This document shows positions 57,701 through 62,713 of a stretch of DNA of 64,000 bases, one piece after another. The number at the start of each line of letters is the position of its first letter. Positions within the stretch are counted from its first letter, which is position 1. Origin of the DNA: Candidatus Methylomirabilia bacterium (lineage in GTDB: Bacteria > Methylomirabilota > Methylomirabilia > Rokubacteriales > CSP1-6); contig JBGQFW010000003.1 in the NCBI GenBank assembly GCA_041497115.1, positions 15,120 through 79,119 of the forward strand, given 5' to 3'. A program made the translations under genes and the position numbers. The notes beneath the pieces were generated by a model. The model was not told the origin of the DNA. It did no database searches and saw nothing but the letters and a program-made list of their open reading frames with translations.

Positions 57701-57800
57701 GGCCACCCCGCTGAATACCTTCGGGGTCATCCTGAGCACGCCGCGCGGCGGCGGCGCGCTCGCGCTGCCGAGCACCGCCACGGTGACCATCGCGCCCTAG
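45798..57800 (+). CDS. giant secreted surface protein (about 4000 aa): signal peptide, N-terminal domain, 7 SBBP beta-propeller repeats, then about 26-28 tandem Calx-beta domains
   Basis: GTG at 45798 with SD GGAGAG, then the signal peptide VSSRGRSGIALNLVRVVPAALLLALVCAIPPSAAAEA. YSTYLGGSxxDxAxxIAVDxxGNAYVTGSTxSxDFP occurs 7 times (PF06739-like). There are repeated ...VTV/LxRxGGxxGxVTVDYATSDGTATAGxDYTAxxGTLTFAPGETxKTFTVPIxxDxLxEGxETxxLTLSNPTGGAxLG units (Calx-beta). The ORF-track start at 45708 is probably too far upstream. Confidence 0.9.
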   Translation: MSSRGRSGIALNLVRVVPAALLLALVCAIPPSAAAEAGRPALGPGGPLPLTFEPNQGQADEGVRFLARGRGYGLFLTPTETVLVLTAPDAAASIAGRPRPVDRVATPPAVVRMRMVGADASAPIAGVDPLPGRSHYLLGDPSRWRRDVPTFARVRYTDLYPGVSLLFYGSERALEYDFVVAPGADPGAVVLAFDGAAALRIDAGGDLVLATAAGELRLRRPLIYQETEGGRRPVEGGYVLDGGRVRFRVAAWDATRPLVIDPVLGYSTYLGGSSSDQAFGIAVDALGNAYVTGSTISSDFPVVTPLQGARAGVTDVFVTKLDPTGSRILYSTYLGGSGDEAGNAIAVDAQGSAYVAGSTTSNNFPVLNAFQSVTRGGSEAFVAKLSPDGSTLVFSTYLGSNTSDFAFGIALDAADNVYVTGSTDSSGSSFPNNAGTCLGTKRTGNDAFVVKLDAVGSTLGYCAFIGGAGDDAGNAIAADDAGNVWIAGTTTSSDLPVLNALQPTLGGASDAFVGKLDTGGNLVYLTYLGGLGDDDALAIAVDVNGNAYVTGSTKSPNFPLASPLQASLRGGLDAFVTKLSPAGDALVFSTYLGGVGDDIGNGIAVNAVDFTVYVAGSTGSVDFPTVSPFQATLAGGLDAFVTKLTAAGGGPVYSTLLGGTSDDAAHAIAVDVDGVAYITGTTNSATFPTNAPIQPRAGLLDAFVSQIADGGIIQFTGNTYSVAENVPAGTVTISVQRTGDTSAASSVDYRTCEMPSVGGCPAVVGTAAAGVRYLAAAGTLMFAPGQIVASFPITILNDSVGEGDQTVLLTLGNPTGGSVLGARRTATLTILDDETSINFSLPVYQVNENQGPAVITVTRSGPNLAATVTVDFSTADGSAVAPGDYTAVAKTLTFGPNVRSLTVPVPIVNDTLVEGTETVSLALRNLVTKSGAATTVLGVRNAATLNILDDDLGGSLQFAKAASSVAETGGTVILTVTRTGGAASQVTVHYATSDGTATAGLNYTDTSGDLTFGAGAGSQTFTVPIRNDGIATGNQAFTVTLSDPRVLPPPGPACPVSANCPTVGALGAATVTIVDAQQNISFTTDSFTVRESTPTATITLRRGGTTAGAATVDFTTSNGTAMAGVDYQFKSGTLTFAAGATAASFTVPIINDNTVRPSRTVILNLANPTGGAAVVAPSQATLTITDDDTAGRVQFSSATYSAAENAGSALVTLSRSGGTAGGATVQYATSDGTALAGTDYMLSTGTVTFGTGETIKTFSVPLIDNALPDGTRTLNLTLSAPGGGASLGAPSTAMLTIIDDELSFAFAATNYSVVEGAGQATVTVELSGINAVPVTVNYATSDGTATAGLDYTATTGTLVFPAGGAATTVRTKNFAVPILQDTLAEGTETVNLTLSAPTPVGVARVVAARSTAVLSILDDDQGGAVEFNAAAFAAVESGGVATIQVRRTLGLASGVTVDYATSDGTATAGARYVATAGRLTFAVNEVLKTFTIPLINDNIGEGPQTVNLTLTNPKGGATLGGQATAVLTIDDDEPYVRLSAATYAVNEAAGSLVVSVTRGGVTTAQATVDYTTMDQRPAAPTRAVGGVDYAVTSGTLTFAPGVTARTFTVPIINNSLAQPDRKFNVLLRNPAIAAGTFTLVAPSAAEVTINDDDVGGIIQFSSPTYTVNEDGGSAVLTVVRSGGQAGGVSVSVQTQALGFVPPGTPAPPAQTATPGADFTPTPVNFRVTFGPGETTKTVSIPILPDALAEGNEIVYVLLSDAEPSGATAPPSLGTQALATLTIVDAQPTLQFSAPTYTVIEGQPAAVVTVTRTAPLGRLTVDFATSDGTATSPQYYLGASGTLTFDAGVTAQTFSVLLVDNQAIEGEKQFNVGLANIQPPAAASLGPTAAASVVIKDNDRGGTFTVSGVNILEGAAGQNSTALATVSRTGGSGGPVTMVFHAALCGLFGPGCDFPAAPGTDFDVLAMPLTFKAGEMSKTVPVTIHGNDIPQGSRDVEVTITGLGPSVMQDGLEIGPQPQPPGVAAALIHIVEDDLYFVTLSSQTYGAVEGAQQAIITVLRSGTAGLLAGSQDVDMVALSLAVSGAAVAPLDYVSLGAFVGAPQGGCQGKVGDLVARQTITFAANQTTQTFTVPFLDDTVVDGPKTMFVCINDATNTGTPTGPGIAFPASAQLTINDDENGGTIQFAADTYSVADNIASGLATITLTRSGSPKLASNVTVQAQTGDLFAATTPPQTGQAGVDYGSTNTVVTFNAGDTTATFTVPIINNGTPDGVKTVNLMISGPLPALAGAVPVLGVRTTAVLRIVDAVQTVGFQQANFDVSEGAGTATVSLERTGDASGSLTVTFTTSNGAPVAPLVPAVAGVDYQAVNTTITFGPGQTVATATVPLIDNKAVAPDKVANLTLSAPSVGVLATGGTTATLTIQEDDTAGSVSFAAATFVGLERDTQALITLVRSDGTAGCPVPLAGPPPSCPDATLVTFQTVAGGTAIAGTDYTTTSVVVEFGAGETTKTVAVPLLNDGAPDGTETVALMLSNPLPTGVGVGTRGLTLGSLATATLQIVETELRIGATAYTVGEGGGKATLTIVRQGDLTGTSSVTVATVNGTAIAGTDYATPVTTTVNFAAGESVQTLDITVTDDTIVEGDEAFQVVFSNPVGATIASDSCKTFTLVGSLVATCTIEVDILDNDSGGILSFSQPVYAVNENVGTATITVKRIVGGAGGVTVDFATGDGTATAGTDYTTVTQTLTFNAGDTSKTVSVPVLNNTIGVRIANLFLRNATGGATIGAPGTAALQITDLDNSIGFTAVGYPVAEAAGAAAVVVRRTGSAGTVLVDYATSNGTATAPADYAATAGTLTFPAGSTTLTVPIPIVNDAIIEPSETFTVTLSNPRLAVTLTPIPVAPESCASSTATTCTTGVTIIDDDLGGAISFTSANYTVAENAGSAMVTLSRVGGLAGGVTVDIAAVAGTAAPGDFSLPSGTVTFLPGQTTAMAAITINDNLLADADRTVNLTISNPQPAGLAGSPILGLQTTATLTILDNEPRVQFGAASFAVTEGAPAATITVVRTGDPSVEVHVDFVTSDGSATQPARYAMTAGTLTFLPGVSSRTFTVPIVNDNLLQPPQAFNVSLSNPTTVPAAPGRAALATTPCATFVAGVCTVPVTINDDDRAGTMAFNASMYSVAENVAGGTLLVTVTRTGGNAGGVSVNYAATGGTAVNGVDYVLAPGAVTFGVNETVKTFPITIVDNALADGNRTIVLSLSTPSAGALGTPSQATVTIMDDEQTLSFATLGFSTLESAASAVITINRLGTPTGTLLVDFATVDGTATAPADYTAVAKTLTFAAGVRAMTVSVPIVKDMLVEGNETFNVRLGNPRFSPASAVPVAFVPATCGTFVLGPPQQCSVAVTIVDDDQPGTIQFSSATYTVTEGTPTALITLVRTGGVGGCPATGPCSTPPITVDFITADGLGTAMAGADYTPVAQTVTFAANVATQTIAIPITNDALAEGNETVVLKLTNPGGSATLGPLDTATLTIVSNDVAGVVQFSQPLYTVSETAVTATITLTRSGGAASGVTVDFATSNGPGTSGAVAGTDYTALATTVTFGANQTTLPVVITLPGDDATPEGNKIVNLTLSNPRGGAALGLRSAAQLKILDNEATVQFTAPTYSILEGGVAVLTIERTGPPGLPGTIILGYTTSNGTAVAGVNYGTRGSATAPSGTVTFGPGVASQTIRVPTFANNAQDGNHTFNVALAAMGGTAGAVLLPQNTAIVTIVDGDRAGVGAFTAASYSVVEFGSFAQLTVRRSGTGATPVSVAYTTVDGSARAGIDYTATAGVLPFAINQFIQKFNVPIINNNRADGTRSFSVVLSAPTGGMTLGAPATASVLILDDDKGGVLQFSQPTFTASLTKCTPPPAPGFACDAVLSISRTGGLAAGVSIDFATVDGTGQGGTDYTPTTGTVMFAVGQSGAAIHVPLLTTATPLNTFGVILSTPRGGGALALPSTATVTIAP
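47920..57790 (+). repeat. about 10 kb of in-frame tandem repeats with a roughly 300-360 bp period (Calx-beta domain array)
   Basis: Recurring DNA/protein motifs (gactacgccaccagcgacggcaccgccacc / DYATSDGTAT) occur roughly every 100-120 codons. Confidence 0.8.
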
Positions 57801-57820
57801 CGGATGTACGATGGGGGCCG

Positions 57821-58345
57821 GTGCGTGACCGCCTGGCCTTCGCCGTCATCGGGCTCCTCTCGCTCGCCGTCGTCCTGCTGGTCGGCGTGCTCCTGCTCGG
57901 CCACACGCCCGGGCGCGGCGGGCGCGCCGACGTCGGGGCGCTGCCGGCGCTGAACGCCGCGCTCAACGGCGCCAGCGCGGTGCTGCTGGCGTCCGGCTGG
58001 CTCTGCATCCGCCGGCGCCGCATCGCCGCCCACCGCGCGTGCATGCTGGGCGCGTTCTGCGTCTCGATCCTGTTCCTGCTCTCCTACGTGACCTACCACG
58101 CGCTGGCCGGCTCGCGGCCGTTCGCGGGGCAGGGGTGGATCCGCGCGGTGTATTTCCCCCTGTTGATCTCGCACATCGTCCTGGCCGCCGCCATGGTGCC
58201 CTTCGTGCTCACCACGCTCTACCGGGCGCTCGGCGCCGACTTCGCGCGTCACGTTCGCGTGGCGCGGCTGACGCTGCCGGTGTGGCTGTACGTGTCGGTC
58301 ACCGGCGTGATCGTCTACTGGATGCTCTACCACCTGTTTCCCTGA
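57821..58345 (+). CDS. DUF420 family membrane protein
   Basis: Four TM segments: VRDRLAFAVIGLLSLAVVLLVGVLLLGH...HRACMLGAFCVSILFLLSYVTYH...VYFPLLISHIVLAAAMVPFVLTT. The GTG start is 21 nt after the giant-gene stop. Confidence 0.65.
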   Translation: MRDRLAFAVIGLLSLAVVLLVGVLLLGHTPGRGGRADVGALPALNAALNGASAVLLASGWLCIRRRRIAAHRACMLGAFCVSILFLLSYVTYHALAGSRPFAGQGWIRAVYFPLLISHIVLAAAMVPFVLTTLYRALGADFARHVRVARLTLPVWLYVSVTGVIVYWMLYHLFP

Positions 58346-58352
58346 ATTACAT

Positions 58353-58469
58353 GGGGGCCCCGAGATGGCCCCCAAACCCCCCAACGTTCGGAGCGCCCCG
58401 GCGTGGCCGTGGCGCTCCTCTGGAATCGTCGGCGTGAGCGGAGCGCCCGGCGTGGCCGTGGCGCTCCTC
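58353..58469. repeat. convergent intergenic region with hairpin GGGGGCC-N7-GGCCCCC followed by two copies of a 30-bp direct repeat (GGAGCGCCCCGGCGTGGCCGTGGCGCTCCTC), each itself a GGAGCGC...GCGCTCC hairpin
   Basis: The direct repeat occurs at 58390-58420 and 58440-58469 with a 50-bp period. The region sits between the 3' ends of the DUF420 and PhzF genes, so it probably acts as bidirectional terminator-like structures. Confidence 0.4.
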
Positions 58470-58478
58470 GAGCGGGCG

Positions 58479-59267
58479 CTAGAGCAGCTCGCCGCGGAGG
58501 ATGGTGACGGCGTGGCCGCCGAGGATGGCGCGGGGGCCGGCGAGGCGGACGCGCACGACGCCGCCGCGGCGCGAGGCCTGGTAGCCGGTGAGCGCGGCGC
58601 GCCCCACGCGCGGCGACCAGTACAGTCCCAGCGCACAGTGCGCGGAGCCCGTGGCCGGGTCCTCGGGGATGCCCGCGCGCGGCGCGAAGAAGCGCGAGAC
58701 GAAGTCGAAGCGGGCGTCGTCGGCGGGCGCCGTCACGATCACGCCGCGCGTCGGCACCATCGCCAGCCGCGCGAGATCCGGCGCCAGCGCGCGCACGATC
58801 GTCGCGCTCTCGACCTCCACGAGCCAGTCGAGCCGGTTGCGCCCGGCCCACTTCACGCTCGTGCCGAGGGCGGCCGCGAGATCGGCGGGCGGCTCGGCGA
58901 CGGTGGCGGGCTCGACCGGGAAGTCGAGCTCGATCCAGCCGTCGCGCCGCGCCGCCGTCAGCACGCCGCTCCTGGTGTGAAAGCGCGCGGGGGCGTCCGC
59001 CGCCAGCCGGCCCAGCTCCCAGAGCGCGTGGGCGGCGGCGAGCGTGGCGTGGCCGCACAGGTCCACCTCGACCGTCGGCGTGAACCAGCGCAGCTCGAGT
59101 CCGTCGGCCACCGGGCGGACGAACGCCGTCTCGGACAGGTTCATCTCGGCGGCGACCGCCTGCATCCACGCCTCGTCGCGCGGGCCGTCGAGCAGGCAGA
59201 CGGCGGCGGGATTGCCGGCGAACGGCGTGTCGGTGAACGCGTCCACGTGGATCAGCGGCAGCCCCAT
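58479..59267 (-). CDS. PhzF family phenazine-biosynthesis-like protein (DAP-epimerase fold isomerase)
   Basis: MGLPLIHVDAFTDTPFAGNPAAVCLL...ETAFV is a conserved PhzF N-terminus. Everything upstream in ORF 58479..60770 is antisense. Confidence 0.85.
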   Translation of the reverse strand: MGLPLIHVDAFTDTPFAGNPAAVCLLDGPRDEAWMQAVAAEMNLSETAFVRPVADGLELRWFTPTVEVDLCGHATLAAAHALWELGRLAADAPARFHTRSGVLTAARRDGWIELDFPVEPATVAEPPADLAAALGTSVKWAGRNRLDWLVEVESATIVRALAPDLARLAMVPTRGVIVTAPADDARFDFVSRFFAPRAGIPEDPATGSAHCALGLYWSPRVGRAALTGYQASRRGGVVRVRLAGPRAILGGHAVTILRGELL

Positions 59268-59318
59268 TGGAGTCGCTCCTTCGTGGCTGGTAGCATACGC
59301 GCTGAGGTCCAGCGCGCC

Positions 59319-59918
59319 ATGGCGCACACCATCGATCCCGCGCACGACGCCCTCGTCATCGTGGACGTCCAGAACGACTTCTGCCCGGGTGGCTCCCTCG
59401 CCGTGCCCGAGGGCGATCGCGTGGTCCCCGTCCTCAACCGCTACGCCGAGCGGTTCGCGGCGCGCGGCGCCTGCGTGCTCGCCTCGCGCGACTGGCATCC
59501 GGCGCGCACCCGCCACTTCGCGGCGTACGGCGGCGTCTGGCCCCCGCACTGCGTGCAGGACACGCCGGGGGCCGCGCTGCACGCGGCCCTGGCGCTGCCG
59601 CCGGCGACCGAGGTGGTCTCCAAGGGGATGGACCCCGACGAGGACGCCTACTCGTGCTTCCAGGCGCGCGCCGCCGACGGCACGCCGTTCGCGGCGCTGC
59701 TGGCCCGCCGCGGGATCCGCCGGCTCTTCGTCGGCGGCCTGGCCACCGACTACTGCGTGAAGGCCACCGCGCTCGACGCCCGGCGGGCCGGGCTCGACGT
59801 GGTCGTCCTCGAGGACGCGGTGCGCGCGGTGGACGTGACGCCCGGCGACGGCGCCCGCGCGCTGGCCGAGATGGACGCGGCGGGCGCGGCGCGCGCGCGG
59901 CTCGACGCGGTCGCCTGA
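59319..59918 (+). CDS. pncA: nicotinamidase/pyrazinamidase (isochorismatase-like cysteine hydrolase)
   Basis: ALVIVDVQNDFCPGGSLAV, WPPHCVQDTPGA, GGLATDYCVKATALDA (catalytic Cys) are closely parallel to the PncA motifs. Confidence 0.8.
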   Translation: MAHTIDPAHDALVIVDVQNDFCPGGSLAVPEGDRVVPVLNRYAERFAARGACVLASRDWHPARTRHFAAYGGVWPPHCVQDTPGAALHAALALPPATEVVSKGMDPDEDAYSCFQARAADGTPFAALLARRGIRRLFVGGLATDYCVKATALDARRAGLDVVVLEDAVRAVDVTPGDGARALAEMDAAGAARARLDAVA

Positions 59919-59930
59919 GAACGCCGCCGG

Positions 59931-60530
59931 ATGCGCGGCATCGAGCAGGTGCCCTGGCTCTACGACGCGATGTGCGCCGTCCTCGAGCGGGGCGGGCTCG
60001 GCGGCTGGCGGCGCTGGCTCACGGGCGGGGCCCGCGGACGCACGCTCGACCTCGGCTGCGGCACCGGCCGGAACCTGCCGCTGTTTCCCGGCGGCGTCCG
60101 GGCGGTCGGCCTCGATCCCGCGCTCGACTCGCTGCGCCGCGCGCGCCGGCGCGCGCCGGGCGCGCCGCTGGTCTGCGCGAGCGCGGAGGCGCTGCCGTTC
60201 CGCGACGGTGTCTTCGACACGGTGGTGAGCGGGCTGGCGCTCTGCAGCGTGCCCGATCCCGCCCGCGGCCTGCGCGAGATGCGGCGCGTGCTCCGCGCCG
60301 ACGGCGCGCTGCGGGCGCTCGAGCACGTGCGCTCCACGCGCGCGTGGAAGGCGCGGTTCCAGGACTGGATCCAGCCGGCGTGGACGCGGGTGGCGGGCGG
60401 CTGCCATCCCAACCGGGAGACCGAGCGGCTGGTCGAGCGCGCCGGCTTCGCCATCGACGCCGCGAGCCGGCGCGCCCAGGCCGACCTGCGCCGCTTCGCG
60501 GCGCATCCCGTCCCCGTCGCGCGCGCCTGA
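59931..60530 (+). CDS. class I SAM-dependent methyltransferase
   Basis: TLDLGCGTGRN (motif I) ...FDTVVSGLAL... Confidence 0.8.
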   Translation: MRGIEQVPWLYDAMCAVLERGGLGGWRRWLTGGARGRTLDLGCGTGRNLPLFPGGVRAVGLDPALDSLRRARRRAPGAPLVCASAEALPFRDGVFDTVVSGLALCSVPDPARGLREMRRVLRADGALRALEHVRSTRAWKARFQDWIQPAWTRVAGGCHPNRETERLVERAGFAIDAASRRAQADLRRFAAHPVPVARA

Positions 60531-60543
60531 GCGCGACGCGGCC

Positions 60544-61641
60544 TCAGCCTGGCCCGAGGAGCTCCTCGTACACGGCGGTGGTGCGCGCCATGGCGGCGTC
60601 GAGCGAGTGACGCTCGCGCACCAGGGCCTGGCCGCGCCGGGCCATGGCCCGTGCGCCCTCGCGGTCGGCGAGGCAGCCCACGATGGCGGCGGCCAGCGCC
60701 CCCGCGTCGTTGGCGGTGACGAGGCGCCCGGTCTGGCCGTCGCGCACGAGCTCGCCGCTGCCCCCCACATCGGTGGCGACGACCGGCGTGCCGACGGCGA
60801 GGGCCTGGGGGATGACCTGCGAGGCCGCCTCCGAGCGGATGGACGGCAGCACCAGCACGTCGAGCGCCGCCATCACCTCGGGGATGTCGCGCCGGAAGCC
60901 GGTCATCAGCACGGCGGCCTGCAGGCCGAGCGCGCCGACGCGGCGGCGCACGTCGTCGAAGCCGATGCCGTCGCCGACGATGAGGAAGCGCGCGGCGGGC
61001 TGCGCGGCCAGCACTGCGCGCGCGGCGTCGAGGAAGACGTCGTGCCCCTTGGACCCCCGGATGTTGGCGACCAGCCCGACGACCGGCGCCGCATGCAAGC
61101 CGAGCTCGCGCCGCACGCCCTCGCCGGCGACCCCGGGATGAAAGCGCGCGGTGTCCACGCCGGGCGGGATCGCCACGATGCGGGCGACCGGCACGCCGGC
61201 CCCGGCCACGACCCGGGCCGCCGCCTCGCCGCTGGTGATCACGCGATGCGCGAGCCGGTAGACGAGGCTGCGACGGCGGGGGATCGCGATCGTGACGTGG
61301 CGGCTGCGCACGACGGGCCGGCCCCGCGAGCGACCCGCGAGGCCGCCGAGCCAGCTGTCCACGGAGCTGTGGGTGTGGACGAGGGCGACACCGCGCCGGG
61401 CGACGAGGCGGCGCAGCGCCGCGAGGGCGCGCAGGTCGAGCACGCTGCGCATGCGCACGCCGACGGCCGGCACGTCGGCCCGCGCGCTCTCGTCCAGAAG
61501 CCGGCTGCCCGGCTGGCCGGCGATGAGCGCGTCCCAGCCGTGATCGAGGAGCCAGCGCGCCTCGGCCACGATCCGAAGCTCCTGGCCACCGAAGCCGATC
61601 GAGGCCTCGGTGTGCAGGATGAGCCGGCGGGCCCCGCTCAC
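60544..61641 (-). CDS. glycosyltransferase family 4
   Basis: GT-B fold with a C-terminal ...GTPVVATDVGGSGELV...GALAAAI pattern (E-x7-E region). Confidence 0.85.
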   Translation of the reverse strand: MSGARRLILHTEASIGFGGQELRIVAEARWLLDHGWDALIAGQPGSRLLDESARADVPAVGVRMRSVLDLRALAALRRLVARRGVALVHTHSSVDSWLGGLAGRSRGRPVVRSRHVTIAIPRRRSLVYRLAHRVITSGEAAARVVAGAGVPVARIVAIPPGVDTARFHPGVAGEGVRRELGLHAAPVVGLVANIRGSKGHDVFLDAARAVLAAQPAARFLIVGDGIGFDDVRRRVGALGLQAAVLMTGFRRDIPEVMAALDVLVLPSIRSEAASQVIPQALAVGTPVVATDVGGSGELVRDGQTGRLVTANDAGALAAAIVGCLADREGARAMARRGQALVRERHSLDAAMARTTAVYEELLGPG

Positions 61642-61660
61642 CCGCGGGTGGGCTTAGCGA

Positions 61661-61972
61661 CTACCAGCGGCCGCGACCGCCGCCGCCACCGCCACCGCCA
61701 CCGCCGCGGCGGTCGCCGCCGGCGCCCGGCGACTTGGCGCGCTCGACCTGAATGGTCCGGCCGTCGACCGACGTGCCGTTGAGCTTGCTGATCGCCTGCT
61801 CGGCATCCTCCGGCGTCGCCATCTCGACGAAGCCGAAGCCCCGGGAGCGGCCTGTATCGCGGTCGGTGACGACCGCCGCCGACTCGACATTGCCGGTGGC
61901 GGCGAAGACCTCGCGAAGGCGCTCGGTGGACGTGGAGAAGGACAACCCGCCGACGAAGAGTTTGACGGCCAT
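61661..61972 (-). CDS. RRM-type glycine-rich RNA-binding protein (paralog of 42078..42701)
   Basis: MAVKLFVGGLSFSTSTERLREVFAATGNVESAAVVTDRDTGRSRGFGFVEM plus a Gly10 tail. It is 75% identical over the RRM to the other copy. Confidence 0.85.
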   Translation of the reverse strand: MAVKLFVGGLSFSTSTERLREVFAATGNVESAAVVTDRDTGRSRGFGFVEMATPEDAEQAISKLNGTSVDGRTIQVERAKSPGAGGDRRGGGGGGGGGGRGRW

Positions 61973-62044
61973 GGGAAGCGCTCCTTTGAGAGGAGACCCT
62001 GAACCGCACCGTGCTCGATTGGGGCCGAGTATACACTGGCGGCC

Positions 62045-62683
62045 GTGGCCCCGCTGGAGCAATTCCTGGAGGAGTTCACCTACGCGGGCGTCTTCGTCGC
62101 GCTCTTCCTCGGCGGCCTCGGCATGCCGGTGCCCGAGGAGGTGGCGATCCTCACCAGCGGCGTGCTCGCCCACGAGGGCGTGGTGCGCTGGTGGCTGGCG
62201 CTGCCGGTGTGCGTCGTCGGCGTGTTGTCCGGCGACGTCGTCCTCTACTGGGTCGGCCGGCACTGGGCCGAGCGCGTGCTGGCCTGGCGCGTGGTGCGGC
62301 GGGTGCTCAGCGCCGAGCGCGAGGCCGCGCTCGCCGACGCCTACCGGCGCCACGGCGTCAAGATCGTCTTCACCGCGCGCCACGTCATGGGGCTGCGGGC
62401 GGCGGCGTTCCTGACGGCCGGCATCGCCCGCGTGCCGTTCCCGCGCTTCCTGGCGGTGGACGCGCTCGGCGCGCTGCTGGGCGTGCCGGTCAGCTTCGGC
62501 CTCGCGTACTTCTTCACCGACCAGCTCACGGAGATCCTGCGCGACGTCCGCCGGGTCGAGCGGTGGGCGCTGCTGCTCGCCCTCGTGGGGGTGGCGGCGT
62601 GGATCGGCGTGCGCGCCTGGCAGCACAGCGTCGCCCTCGAGCGCGAGGCGCACGCCGCGCGGCGGCCGTCGCGGGACCCGTGA
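62045..62683 (+). CDS. DedA family (SNARE-associated) membrane protein
   Basis: GMPVPEEVAILTSGVLA...YWVGRHWAE...VKIVFTARHVMGLRAAAFLTAG DedA motifs. Confidence 0.85.
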   Translation: MAPLEQFLEEFTYAGVFVALFLGGLGMPVPEEVAILTSGVLAHEGVVRWWLALPVCVVGVLSGDVVLYWVGRHWAERVLAWRVVRRVLSAEREAALADAYRRHGVKIVFTARHVMGLRAAAFLTAGIARVPFPRFLAVDALGALLGVPVSFGLAYFFTDQLTEILRDVRRVERWALLLALVGVAAWIGVRAWQHSVALEREAHAARRPSRDP

Positions 62684-62713
62684 GCGCCGGCATGCTATAG
62701 TCGGCGCCAGACC

